Source of the DNA: Perna viridis
Taxonomy: Eukaryota
DNA length: 64,000 bases
Assembly: GCA_037379345.1 (NCBI GenBank)
Contig: CM074521.1
Coordinates: forward strand, 29,164,704 to 29,228,703
Direction: 5' to 3'
Part shown: positions 1 to 13,425 of the stretch, in pieces
Layout of the letters: each line of letters starts with the position of its first letter
Position numbering within the stretch: position 1 is the stretch's first letter
Made by a program: the position numbers and the translations under genes
The notes under the pieces: model-generated
Seen by the model: the letters and a program-made list of their open reading frames with translations, nothing else
Database searches by the model: none
Told to the model about the DNA's origin: nothing

Positions 1-90
1 CTCTCAAACCTCCCACTTCCACATTGGCCATACATGTTTTTGTTGTCCACACAAAAGTCATAACTGGTAAAACTGTAGTTAGTCAATTTA

Positions 91-277
91 GCGTTAGACT
101 AAACAACTTCTGTTTTGATTTATTCTGTTCTTACAGGGCAATCTGCGAAAAAGATCTGGATATCGAAAATACGTTAGACTAAACGACTGGTGTAGTGAAT
201 AACACATCTGTTAGGATTTTCTTTTTCGTTCTTACAGGGTAATCTGCTATAAAGATCTTGATATCGAAAAATACGCT
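91..277. repeat. Imperfect tandem duplication (~80-100 bp x2)
   Basis: CGTTAGACTAAAC and GTTCTTACAGGG.AATCTGC...AAAGATCT.GATATCGAAAA each occur twice. Confidence 0.7.
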
Positions 278-2900
278 ATCAAGAGAACGGATAAGGCGCA
301 TTTTTCTTGTATCCTTGGTTAATTAATCGGATGAAAAGAAAAAATCACGGTGTCTCTTTGAAAATGTATAATATTTAATGCAGACTCAATCATTTCTTTA
401 ATTACCGTGTGATGTCTATTATATTGCTGCATACATGATCGAGGAAAGTTAATAATTTGGACATAATAAAGTCTTGACTAAGGTTATTAAAAATGAGATG
501 AGGAAACTGTGTCTGTTGTCTGTATATATATATTTCGAAGAAATATATGTGATTAGTTGAGAGGTACATGAAGATCAAAGATTGTACATATCTTAAGTTA
601 TATAATCTGGCTCATTATCTGACAGCTTGCACGGAAAGACTAACGCCAGTAGTTCATTTAAACTGGTTATCGAACAGAGGCGTTCAATGTAAACTGACAA
701 TGGTTTTGGTTGGGTTGGATTTTCTTTTCTAAAAATACATATATTGCCATTTTTAAAGATATTCGAATTACATTTGTAGATTTTTGTACATTTGAAGTCT
801 TTACTGCCAGCATATAGGTATACAGAGTGATGTATTAAATATTAGTGTCATCCCACAGGGATCGCTGATGTAATAAAGCAATATTGAATTAATGCTACTA
901 TAATGAATTTTACCTTTTATGCGTGTACAATGGCGGATCTAACATATGGAGCGGGAGGGAGGAGCAGTCCGGGATTAACAGAGAATTTCAATATTTTTAG
1001 GGTGGGATTTGACTGACTACCTCCACATGTATCTGACTTTGGTCTACATGCATGTGCATGTATTTTGCGAGAGGTTCTAGAAAGTTTACTATTTAGCTAT
1101 ATTGTACCGACGCCTTTAGGCGATATGCCTCACCGGCGTGAATATAGCTTTACATTGTTCTAAAATAAGGTTATATTACATGTATGATATCGAAAGAGAG
1201 TTTAAAGGACAGATGAATGATGAATTGTAATGATAAGAAAATCTTAATTTAGACCGAAAATACTTGATGTATTGTTAAGTAAACAACAAAACATGAGACA
1301 CGAGGTAAACCAGTATAAAAAGAAAACGAATGCACGCAATATGAATCTATTCATTTATATACAAGTATGTTCGAAAACGCTTTAAATGTCTGATTGAACG
1401 CAAATCGGGTTTAGTCAGTCCAAAAACGTCTGCTTAAACGCAAAACACGGTCAATCGGTCAAGATATGTCTGATTAAACGCAAAATAAGTTTAGACAGTT
1501 GAAAAGTGACTTACTCAGTCATATTTTAACTTAAACAGTTACTACAAAAGACTGTACCAACTTTATCAGTCTACTTCAGTCCTTTTGACAGTCATTATCG
1601 GTGATATATGGACTGAATCAGTCTAAACATGACACTGACAGTCGTTTTTTTTTTTTTTTGTACCGTAGTGCTGTTTGATTTGCAGGCCTGGAGGATATAC
1701 TAAACGATTCCATTCAATCTTAAATTAAAAGACAAAGCTTCACGATTTTTTGTTTGGATTGATTGTGTATGTGTTTTGTTTTTGTGTTTTCGTCTTTTGA
1801 ATGACTTTCTCGAAATAGTAGAGGAATTAATCGACAATGATTTTGGTGTTATTGGTACACCTTGCAATGGTAACAACCTGAAAACATTTAATTCAGAAGG
1901 AGACACATATATTATGTATACGGATCTACCTCTTTTTCTGTGTAGCACGTTTCATTTAAAGGTTAAATGATGGGAAAATATGTATGATTGTATATTGTTA
2001 TTAAAATAACCAAAGGATTCAATATATATATGATATCATTCAATCACCAAGATCTCATCAATTGTTACATGTAAGTATATGTATCGTTGGAAATTTTTAG
2101 AACTCACATATAATTGATTTCACTGTGCAAGTAAACGGTTTAGCAGTATCTCTATTTCGTCGCCTTTATATTTTGTCAAATAAAGTGAAAATTAAGTTGC
2201 CGAACATCCAGAATGTCACATTGTTTGTGTGGGGTTTTATGAAGTTAAGGTTTCCAATACATATACAGTAATTCCTCTGGCATAGTGTAAGGAAGGCATG
2301 AATGACCTGTGGTTTGTTAATCAACGTTAAAAACACGCGTTTGTTCGTAGGATTCCTTAAGTCTACATGATGTCGAGTTTTTTTAAGGAGGTGAACTGCA
2401 GAAGATTGTGCATATTTATATTTTTTATGGACATGGCTTGAACGTCCTAATTCATGGCATTTTGTTAATAAAGTGAAGAAGACTTTTTCAAGTAATGTAC
2501 AAATTAAATTCGAAAAACAAAAACCCGAATTATTGTCTTTATCAATCGGGCAATGTAAATGCGTTGCATGTATTGTAGAATGATATGGAGAACAGAAATA
2601 CCCTAATGATTCCACCCGGTACTCCTAGAAGAAATGTCAGAACGCCTTTTCGTGGTGAATTAGATCGACTTTCGCCGGATATACCATATGCAGCTCAACC
2701 GTACACACTAAACATGACTGTTTGGTGAAATAAAGAAGAAAAGTTAATACTAGTAGAAAAAAAGTATTCAAATTCAGTATGCATGTAAAGAATCATGTTA
2801 AAATAGATGTACCACATAGAACACAAAATCACAAAAAGGGGATATTCTCTCGTACAAAAATAAATGACTACACAAGAAAGAACTGTATTATATATTTTAA

Positions 2901-3177
2901 TTTTCCTTTCCTCTTTCGTCTACCCTGGACTTGACTTTTTATGAGCAGCTTGGGCGGTGTTTCTAGCAAAGCAGAGGACACTTGCCCTACCGATGTACTT
3001 GATCAATGCTCCCATTTTTTAGTGCAGTCCAAGATGCTCATTTACTTTTGTTGCTTTGTGCGTATTTTTTTTCTCATGTTCTTTGTTGTGTGTGTCTGAT
3101 TTCCCTGTCTGGTCTGTGTCCGTGTATTTCATTCTATTGATATCCGCTAGAATCTTGGTCCCCTTGATTATCTTTTC
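2901..3177 (+). mobile_element. Penelope-like retroelement 3'-end fragment
   Basis: Homologous to the sequence directly after the RT C-terminal ORF at 39070-39278. Confidence 0.7.
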
Positions 3178-3641
3178 ATATGTTTTGAAAACACACGAAA
3201 AACATATGTTTGTCATATATGTTTCAGGTGTTTTAGACCGCCAATTAAAACATTTAAAACATATGTTTCTATTCAACAAATCTACGGAAGCGTATTAGAA
3301 ACACATACACACTTCACTTTTTGTAAAAAAAGTGTATATGTTACAGAAAAAAGTATGAAATTTACTGAAAAATGTATGCAAAATAAACAAAAAGTGAAAT
3401 GTTTATGTGGCCCTATTACGCCTCCGTACGAATCAATAAATGACAAAGGAAGTAAGAAAATCATATAGTATTTTTTTATGTTTTCAATAGTAATTCATAT
3501 AAGAGAACACTAAAGTTTTTAAATGAGTGTTTTGAAACAATGCTTTTTTGTATTTCTAAAAACACAATACGCATTATTTCCATATTGGTACTAAACATAT
3601 GTTTCCATATGAAAACATATGTTACAGTTTTGCCTGTGTAA
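3178..3641. mobile_element. Non-autonomous DNA transposon fragment (CACAG-type end, possibly EnSpm/CACTA-like)
   Basis: Repeated palindromic AAACATATGTTT motifs, ending ...TTTGCCTGTG-TA. A related end TA-CACAGAAAAAAA with the same motif occurs at 34073-34200. Confidence 0.4.
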
Positions 3642-6600
3642 AAGCAAAATATGGCGAGAGGTACATCATCTGAGTATCAAACGTCTAATTGTTTCACAGG
3701 ATCGAATTTGAGATAACAAACATATATCTTAAGATTATAATACATGTACAGAACAATCATTCAGAAAATTGAAAAAAAAATCATTTCACATCTATCGCAA
3801 ACTTGGAATGTCTACCGATAAGGAAAATCTTGAAGGGAATGGATTCTGCGAAGGTACACACTGTTTACATATTGACTTTTTCCATTGAATACTAGAGCTT
3901 AGGGAATTTTATTAAGATTCATTCAGGAAGACATACAATTACATAAGAAACAATGATCTTAAGATTATATTTGCAGTGACAGTCCGGAAGAAGAAAGTGG
4001 TATAGTGTCAAGTGACTTCGTAGAATCTGAGAAAATCACTCCACCATTAATTGTCGATTCGTCAGCGTATCCTGAGGGAGGAGTACATAGTGACAGTGAC
4101 TCTGACGAACATTGGTCAAATGCTCATGACTATGACGACGATTTTGAAGATGAAGTGGACGAAACAGAGACATTTACTATTTTAGATTTTGGTGACGGCA
4201 TTAAAGTTAGGATTCCAAGCAATATAGAGACGTCTTTCAAATCCCTTTTGACAATCATGTGGACCTCAATAGAGAAAAACAAAGAACTGTATATTCCAAA
4301 TCAGTTTCGAAATATGAAATATTTGTCTAATATTTTTAGAATTATACCACAATGAGGGACTTTTGTTGTAGACAATGACTTAGAACAAAATACAAAGCCT
4401 TCGGAAAAGAATTTTCCTCGGGCTAAGCAGTGTGTTTTGGCACTGCTGCATACATTTGATGAGAAGATTTTATTTCGAGTTCCTATAGATAATAGGTTTG
4501 CCCCAATCGAAAACAGAGATGTAACAAGCTACAGAGCTCTGATCGAAACTGGTGGGAATGACTGGAAATCTGTTCCAGCTTCTAATGAGGTTTGGATATG
4601 CCGTATGACACAGCGTTTAGTCTAACACTCCAAAATCCGGGCATTTAGTAAAACACAAAAACAAGATGAACGTCCGAAATTAGTTCAGAAACTTGACTAA
4701 AACGTGACAAATACTTGGCATGCGTTGCCTTATAACTTATATATCTTGTTAGTGCTCAACGATTTATGCATTCAAGGGTGTATCTAAACTAATACATGTA
4801 GCATACACGCAGGCTATATACACACACACTCTAACCAAGTTGAATTCATACATTAAAATTATATCAGTATATCTGTATAAGTCAAACTTTAATTTTGTCT
4901 ACTTACACACTAGTATGATCACAAATTCATTGACAGTAAGAAGGCGAACTATCAAGCGACTGACACTCGTAAACAGACGAAACAGAAACGCCCCGGATGC
5001 ACATTATTTCAAGACAGCGCATTCAAATCATTCTTAAGTTTAGTTTTGACTAATATGCATTTTAGCTACCTAAAATGTACATGTTTTCAAACTATGTCCA
5101 TGATGATTTACGACGAACGCCAAAAGCTCGTTTCAGAGTCTTAAGTCTATGTGAAGATTGTTTTATTTCTTACCACGTCTTGCATTCATCAGAACCATTC
5201 GTCCACATCGCCAGTGTCTCACACTTCAAAATAAATGAGGAAGATAAAAAAACAAAAAAAGTAAAAAACAAAAACAAAAAAAAAAACAAAAACGAGACAA
5301 AACCAATTAAGACTAGTAATAATTCTTCCAAACTTAAAGGAGAATATCTAAACGTAATTAATTTAACACATTGAATCAGTCTGGTAAACTGTCCCTACAT
5401 TGTACGTTTTTCTTACGCCTGCTTATAGTAATGTTGCACGAAAGGTACTATGAAGACGGGGGCCAGGTAAGTCGTTTTGACAAAAAGACAATGGGCACAA
5501 TGTATCCAGCGAATGTTTGTTTTAAAATAGTCATTATTACTTATTATTTAGGACGACGGCTTTATTGAGTTTAAGTGTATCAGACTAAACAGTTTCGGAA
5601 TCGCGTCCGAACCAAAAGTAATTGATGGTGTGGTTGATCCATCAGGAAAAGTGTTGTCCACCGGAGGTGGTGGTAGGTTGGATGTATACTTTGAGGAAGG
5701 ATGTGTCACTGAAAGACAAAAATACCAATATTCAGTAATTATTTTTTTCATAATAATAAAGACAGTTTATTACTATGAATATATGTAGTAAACTAAGACT
5801 AAAAGCTTAAAATTGACAAGATAATTGAAAGCCTTAATGTAACAAATATTTAGCATATCAATTTCTTTTTGTATTAAAAACATTTATTTCTTTTTAAATT
5901 TGAATATCTTAATACATAGAAATAATACAATGATGTTTAACCGTTTAGATTCAGAGACCAGACACCAATTATGCAAAGGAGCTAAAGGATCCAAATAAAC
6001 TGATTGCTGCAGTCAGTGACAAATTGACGATCACCTATGACAAAAAAAAATTCAACAAACCTATTTCTCTGGTTGCTACGCTCACCACTGATGAGGAGAA
6101 CGGTTCTGATTTTGATAGCTTTGAACTCAAAGGAATTGTATATAAAAAAGACAAACCAGAAGTTATCAACACAAACGTAGAACAAGTTACTGATAATACC
6201 AAAGTTATCAAATACAAAATGACACTGAACAAACCTTCAAGGTACTAAAATTAAGGGTTTTCTTTAACCTAATTATATACATGGTGTATAATCAGCATAT
6301 ATAGTTCGTTCGAATGTGTAAAACTTAATTTAGACTTTAGAATTATTCTATGCTATCATTATAGCCTTAATTACTTAGACTCTAATAGATATTCATTGTA
6401 GATTCATTACGATGATTTGCAGTAAAATTAAACATTTCGGTCAGAGAATTAGAATTTTGTTTGAACGAAAATACTTCTGATAAAAACAAAAGTGACTGCC
6501 ACAATTTCAAATTTACACAGTTTTAACATGAAAATTCAAAGTGGCAGAGCTTGTTCGTTCTTATGGATCATTGATACTACATTTGGTGCGAACTGTGATA

Positions 6601-8536
6601 TTCACCTGAATTTGTTTTTTTTTTTTTTTAATGCTTTAAATCTTGACATTTTTATTATAATCACTTCTGTATGTTTCTTGGTAATTTTTCTCATATCCAA
6701 ACTTAAATTATTACAGGGTACTTATGGCTTTCGTACGAAGAAACATAAACTACGACCACGTGGAACCAATGCTGAGAAATGAACTTGATCGACGTTTCAA
6801 AGTGAAAGAACCGTGTAAAATTGCTTTATTCTTTAATAGAAGGGTCGACCAATCTATACATTTCTTAGCCGAATGCACGTCTGAAAGAGATATAGACAAA
6901 GGAGTGATTACGTCAAAACGTAGAGGAAAAAGCTAATTTATGAGTCGGATATTTTGCTTTCTACACAGCAAAGAATTCGGATTCGCCCGCATGGATGTAT
7001 CTGTGCGCCACTTGGGGCAGAATCAAACTACTTTTTATTTTTCTTGTGGACGTCAAAGAAAAATTTTTGTGAATTTTCTGTGCAGTTAAAAAGATCCTTG
7101 GGTGCCTCTGTAGATGCTATCATAGAGTTTTCAGCAGACAACCAGGCAAGAGGAAATATCGCTAAAGCAGAATTCAATATGGACTTCATATACAATTCTG
7201 ATCTTTGTCCAAGTGTTTAAAGTTGCATCTAAGCTACAAATGTTTGATGAATTTAACTCATAATAATAATTACTAAAGAATAAAGTGTACGATCAACAAA
7301 ATACTTTTCAGGCCTCCATAGGAGATAAATGCAAAGAGATAGATATCCCAGGACTTCAATAAGTAGATGATATAGAAGCAGTTGACGCGATAGGGTGGTC
7401 ATGTTGTTGAGAAACTTTCACTCTTTTGATAAAGAATTGGCACATGTCAGATTCGTTTTACGTGTAATTTAGAATAGAAATTCCTCAAGAGATTTGGAGT
7501 GTCAAATTTCATCATTATTAAACCATGGTCCCGGTCAATCTTGTCTATGTAGAAGGTTGATAGTATCTGTTGTCAAAGTACTTAACCTTAGTTTTAGATG
7601 AGAGTACTAAGACTCTAGAAAAAAAACTTTTTCACATTACTGCTCTCTCTCTCTCTGTGTATGCCGGACTTTAAGTAAACATAAAATGTAGAAGCAATAA
7701 GGGTTGGCCCCAACAAAAAGGGGAGGGGAGAGCTCTATATTCATTACCGAATAAACTCTTTTAATGGAATAAAACCAAAACTTCAATGATGCTAGGGATT
7801 CATTATAGAAACCAACAAAACGCTCGAAAACTAATAAATAATGTTGATCAGATGAAATACATCATTAGGACTGGCCCTTCCAATTTTGGTACAGGTCCTT
7901 TACAAAGCCCTCTAAATCATATTCCGCTAATCTTGAAAGCTTTACAGTCGTCAGAATACCACGTGGACTAGTTCACCATCAAAGAAAACAACGTATTGGA
8001 AACGTACTAAATTATATGAACCTTATCCATCCGCCTGTATAAAAAAGCTCTTCTATGTATACGAGAATATCTTTTTTATTCATTGGTAATCACATTCAAA
8101 ACGTCAATTTGATATCACACAAAAAACTATTTTGATTAAATTATTGAAAAACGGAGACATATGACAGTGATATAATCACAGAATTTAATATGTGTAAAAA
8201 TACAAAACAAAACTGCAATAACAAAACCTTGCTAATACAGGAAGACGCGAAATAACCGTAAGTTGACAAAAAAGTGAAACATAAAATTTTAAAAGGACAC
8301 CTAGGAAATCAAACATGGAACAGCATAACCTTTCTCCCCTAGAGGGTTTTCTTATTGATTTGAAACAGAAACAACACATTGTTCGATACCATTAAAAGCC
8401 TAGTTTTAAAGCTTTCATTGACTGTTTGTTTCATAGTTTTATTATAAAATTATAGCCAAAAAAGTGAGAAAAAAATAATACCCTCCACTAACATCGAATT
8501 CGGAGATCAGAATGGAACAGTATAGATTGGTAATCT

Positions 8537-8760
8537 CTAAAGCTCCATGCAGCGGCAGACGTCCCTTTTCTCTCCTGCTGCAGACAAGCCTTTCAAAATT
8601 CTCGGACATTATTTAATTCAAGCGTTGTTTGACAATCGGATAACGTAGCACAAAATCATTTAGTTTTCCCCCGACTTCGCAAGATTCTTGCATTTTTTAG
8701 AGGGCTGGCTGCTGCATCAAGAGGAAATTTCGAACGTCAGCCGCTGTTCGGAGTTTAGCA
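8537..8760. mobile_element. Old MITE with degenerate ~65-bp inverted repeats
   Basis: CTAAAGCTCCATGCAGCGGCAGACGT...TGCAGACAAGCC is matched by the reverse complement of GGCTGGCTGCTGCA...ACGTCAGCCGCTGTTCGGAGTTTAG. Confidence 0.55.
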
Positions 8761-9799
8761 ATTCCTTAAAAAACTTTTTACCAGCAAGCAAGATCTTAAA
8801 GCCCAGTTTTAATGGAGCAAAATCCTACATGTTTGCTGATGTATAAATGCAGCTTTTAGCTTCAAACGTATGTTGAATTATTGACCCCCTTCCATATTTC
8901 AGGTAATAAAATTATATCGTATGTATATCGAATATGATATCGCCCTAATGTCAATGTTGGTTATTTATGTGACTTCGTGTCGTTATTTCAATGTTGTAAT
9001 TTTTGAAGTGTCATCGTTCTGTTTCCGTTGGTTTTGTTATCTTTGTTGTCGGGGTCTACAACAGCTTACGTGAAGGTGTTTACACTAATACAAGATTTTT
9101 TGATGATTTATGTTAGTATTTATTATTTTTATAGGGCTTATACGATGGTTCATTTGTTGCGTTTCTGTTCCTTTTTCTATATGAAAGAAATTAACCATTG
9201 TTTTTTTATGATCAGCATGATATTACTCATTTAAGAGGTACTTAAGAATTATGTTTGAACTGAAAATTGGACAAAACTTTCTCTAGTGTTTATTTTGTTT
9301 TCAATAAGGATACGGGCTTGTTGAACTGCAGAACAGTGAAGTAACCAAAATATTAAGAGATGTTAGATATATACACAGACTGATAACTGGACTTTCGCAT
9401 AATCATAACATACGTTCTTATCAGTGATGATAATTATAAAAACAGAGTGAAGTATATGCCTGTTAATGAACTGTGACCTCCAGTGGTGATGCAGTGACAA
9501 ATCCAATTATGAATTATGTTTAAACTGAACTTTATAGAAGACCAAATCCTGTTCCGGAAAAAAACTATATATTCTGCAGAATCAGCAACTATTTTTGTTA
9601 TTGTAATTTTTTTGTAAAAAGGACAGAAATTTACGTGTAACAAATTATAAATGTTAAATAAGGTTTATGGTTTGTAAGAAAAAGTATTATATAAAATTAA
9701 ACTAAATTTTCATTCCCATTTTGTAAGAAAAAATATCCAATTAAAATTTTTTTTATATTTTTTATTCCAGTATTGTATTGTATAGGCCGCATCGAACTC

Positions 9800-10000
9800 G
9801 TTTCAGTACAAAACTATATGACAAACGAGACAAGTGTGATCATAAAATTAAGTTCCTTTTCTTGTGCAGTAATACAGAATTTTTCCAGCATTTTGGGCTG
9901 TTGATATGTCATTGCTAGTACCGACTTTTCTGATTTCTTAAGATGCCACCATAGCCTTCGAGACGGGCTTTTGGACCAAGATTATTAAAATTATGTCTCA
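9800..10000 (+). mobile_element. Degenerate Penelope-like RT C-terminal fragment
   Basis: Translates FSTKLYDKRDKCDHKIKFLFLCSN, matching TKLYDKRADFSFRIVNFPFICGN at 38753. Confidence 0.6.
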
Positions 10001-12600
10001 TACGCTGCCCCAAAAGTTTAATCCCGATATCCATATCATCTTGAAAAATATTTTGTTTCTGACAAACAGATTAAAGATGATGGATTATCATATAAGTTAT
10101 CTAAAATTAATTTGTTTGTACTTGCATACTTTTTTTCGCCATCGCTAGTTATTTTGAAATTCGTTGCTTGGATTTACATAGTTAAGTCGCCGACCATGAT
10201 CTTGTTCGAAGTTATCATTTCAATTCTCCTATCATAACATTTGTAAAAGTCCCAGCATGTTTTCTCGAAAGTGACTCCTTTTGAAACTACTCTTCAAAGA
10301 ATGCAAAACCCCGAGAGTACCATACTTCCAAGACAGGGTTTTGAGTCCACTTTCGCTCCCTCAAACCCCTGACATACTCATTCATATTTAGCGGGTATCG
10401 TCCAGCCAATTCCAATTGGTTACTTTTCCGGGTAAGGAGCACCAATAAAAGTCGATTTAACATATAATGTCAGTAGAATCGTAAACAAAAACACGAGGTA
10501 ATGACTTGGGAAGAGGAGAACATTGGTACCGATTTATACATCGAAAACATTGACGTCAAATATCTCGACAACTGCAAATGAGATTTTTACTGAATTTGGT
10601 TGATATATTCATCTAAGAGGTCCAATAAAAGTCCGGAAAAAATCGCGCGCGTCTCGGTCGCCATTTCAAAATGGCCGCCTATGAGTCATTGAAAATTGAT
10701 ACCCAGGTTTAGACCGTTCCTATTAATAATATACGGCTCAATTAATAATTTGAAATAAGTATCGACTTCCAAGTTCAAAATGGCCGCCATCACATTAGGA
10801 ATTTCCAAATTGTCTGATTCTAATTTGTGTAACGAATGCATCTTTAAAATATATGTTAATGACGTTTCATAAAATTATCAAAACATGCGTTCCGTTTTAT
10901 TAAACACAAACAAAATTTAAATATCCAGTCAATGGATGTATCAACTGATTCAGTGTATTATTATTTACATACAAAGACAGCATTGAAAAATATATAATAT
11001 ACCTTAAGATTTTTTCAATTGCTTAATACTGATTTGCTCTTTATATTGTTTGTTGTCTTTTATAAAATAATAATATCAAAGTTTGTAATACAGAATTATA
11101 GCTAACCCTTCGGCACGTCATACACTGCAGGTAAGTGTTAAATCAAACAGTAATAGACTACCACTGACATCATATGGTGATTGTTCATTGTTCATTGTTC
11201 ATTATTCATTTTACATCTTTTAATTTCATTACACCAATCATTTATATATTTGACTATTATGGTTTCTGGTTGGGGTACTAATTCTAAAGAGGCTATATAT
11301 TCATTAAAAAATACTGAATTGATGATTGAGATCATCTAAACTTTAGTTATAAATACGGGTTCCTTTCTTAAAAAATGAAAGGAAAAATGAAAGTAGATAC
11401 CAGTATGATACAGTAATTGATTTTCATAATCTCAAAAAGGAATAAAATCTATTATATAAGATTGAACTTTTTTTTAATCAGATTAATTATACAAACGTCA
11501 AACAGCAATCCATACACTTTTGTTTTGTGTGATGAATTGGACGAGCAATGAGTCTTTAATAAGAGAACTGAATATGTTGAAGGGGAACTTAGAAAGAGAC
11601 GACTTAGATTCATATTGGATCAATGATTTCCACCATATCTAGTGGTGTAAGAAAAAAGATCAATAATGAAAATAATTTTAACTGATTTTTTCCAAATTAA
11701 ATCAAATCAAATAAGCTTTACTAAAAGCTATTAAAATACCATACAAGCTTAAGCTGTTAACGGGATTGTATAACTGACATAATGGTGTTTACAATGAATT
11801 AAGATATTCATATCGTAGATCTAAGCTTCGAGTGATTTATTTATTTCTGTGTTTAGTGTTTTAAATGGAATAAGAACCAAAAAAAAGACTTTTACTCTTA
11901 TTTAATAGTATCACGATAACCGAAGCACGAACGCTTAAATGGGAAATGTATCTTGTGTATATTCCATTTAACATAAATGTAAACTTCACTTGTAAGTAAA
12001 ATAGTTTTTTACAACCATATTCATCATTTTATACTTGTGACAAACTCTTTATGTTTCACAGTTTAAGGGTTGTTTACTTAATAAAGTGCCACATTTACAT
12101 CAAAATTAGTGCTGCCAGTTGGTAGTTGTGGAGTAAGGGAGATTATCTTATAGCTATGAAGATGGTTGCACCCTTGCTACCAGAATTATAGCAATTATTC
12201 TCTCTAAATAAATAATTAAGTACAATATAGGAAAATGAACTTCAGATTCTACTTGTATAATGTAAAGACTATCAGTATACCCCAAATGTTGAAAAGGGTT
12301 CATATTCCCTTTGATATATTGAATTTGTGTTTACACAGTAATTTATGTAGTTAAGGTTCAATGCCTTGTTCAAGAATTTGTATAGCAAAATATCGTATCT
12401 GACATAAGATTTTACATCGACTTGACTTGAACGTCTTCATTTTTATTATATTGTTACTATAAGTACAGCATACTTGTTACTATATTGTTACTAAAAGTAG
12501 AGCATACTTTTTTTATGGTTATGTTCAAGTTGAAATCGAAAACAAACAACTCCAAATCATAGTAAGTTATGCATAGGGGTATACAAATGTGTATTTTAAG

Positions 12601-12719
12601 TGGAAATGGAGGAAAGAAAAAAACACGATAGCTCTCGTTACTCCTCGAAGAAATCTCAGACTTCCTACGTGTGGTGAATTGGGTCAACTGCCTTCAGAGA
12701 AACCATATGCAGCTCAACC
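12601..12719 (+). pseudogene. Orphan leader exon of the ZU5 family (probably paralog B), directly upstream of HSPA12
   Basis: TTTTAAG| ... CAACC|GTATGT. It encodes TPRRNLRLPTCGELGQLPSEKPYAAQP, homologous to 2579-2700 (TPRRNVRTPFRGELDRLSPDIPYAAQP) and 39317-39419. The upstream intron (~12340-12600) also aligns to ~2235-2578. Confidence 0.75.
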
Positions 12720-12899
12720 GTATGTATCGTACAAGCAAAGAAAAGATGCTAATTTTGTGCAAAGTACATGTGCATGAGTAGAAAATACTAAGTTTGCGAT
12801 TCGGAATGCCACACTGCTCCATCCGATCCTATTGATACAGGGAAGATAATGTAAACTTACAAGTTCTATTAATATATATATATATATATTCGGACTCAT

Positions 12900-13135
12900 T
12901 TAAAACTAGAAGCATGGACCAGGTGCACCGGTAGGCTAAGTGTCCTCTGCTTTTCTAGAAATACCCGCCAATTTGCTCATTAAAAGTCAAGTCCGGGGTA
13001 GACGAAAGAGAAAGGAAAACTATGACTCGTTGAACAAATAAGTTTTCATGCATTGTGCAGATATATACACCGTAATGACCCATGAGTTCACGATGACGAC
13101 CATAAATTTTCTGTAGTGATGACTTTAATCCTGTA
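12900..13135 (-). mobile_element. Penelope-like retroelement 3'-end fragment
   Basis: The reverse complement contains the last ORF codons (KIYGRHREL) plus the 3' UTR of the 38.7-kb element. Confidence 0.72.
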
Positions 13136-13425
13136 GTATCCTTTATCTCTTATCTCAATATCTTTTGGGCAGATGTGATGTTACAAAACCCCGAAACTGA
13201 ATAGTTTAACGATATATATATAGCGACAACTGAGGTTAAAGGATCTAGCTTAACGATGTTCCATCTTTTTGAATCAGAACAGCTATAAAGTCAGCCTAAT
13301 ATGACTAAAGGAATATGCTATCAAGTAGAAGAGCGCAAAAACATATCTGACGAATGCTGCCTTTATTTCAGATATTCACGTTATCAATAAGCCGTAACTT
13401 TTTTTTAAACAACTAGTAATTACAG

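Larger units (their letters stand above)
2579..7220 (+). pseudogene. ZU5-ZU5-UPA protein, paralog A (ankyrin/PIDD/DTHD1-like module), disrupted
   Basis: Exons 2579-2700, 3977-4589, 5552-5734, 5949-6241 and 6717-7220 have GT-AG sites with compatible phases (2,0,0,2). NSFGIASEPK-VIDGVVDPSGKVLST..VYFEEGCVT..AVSDKLTITYDKKKFNKPISL matches the ankyrin ZU5-C pattern ([44 protein letters not shown]). In-frame TGA at 4353-4355 and a frameshift near 6930. Confidence 0.8.

Noticed and set aside
1686-1961. Possible further upstream coding exon of paralog A (TTTGCAG acceptor, phase-0 AAG|GTTAAA donor)
   Set aside because: There are stops near the acceptor in all frames and only weak similarity to 11.5-11.8 kb. 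Not supportable as a feature.
2166-2615. 149-aa minus-strand ORF
   Set aside because: No recognisable motifs. It overlaps intron and leader-exon sequence of paralog A, and the homologous 12.3-12.6 kb region does not preserve it.
4353-4355. In-frame TGA in paralog A as selenocysteine or readthrough
   Set aside because: Paralog B has GAA here rather than Cys, and A also has a frameshift near 6930. A simple nonsense mutation is more likely.
11515-11660. Faint TIR-domain-like translation (DEQ*VF..EYVEGEL..LRFILDQ*FP)
   Set aside because: Short, interrupted by stops, and within chance similarity.
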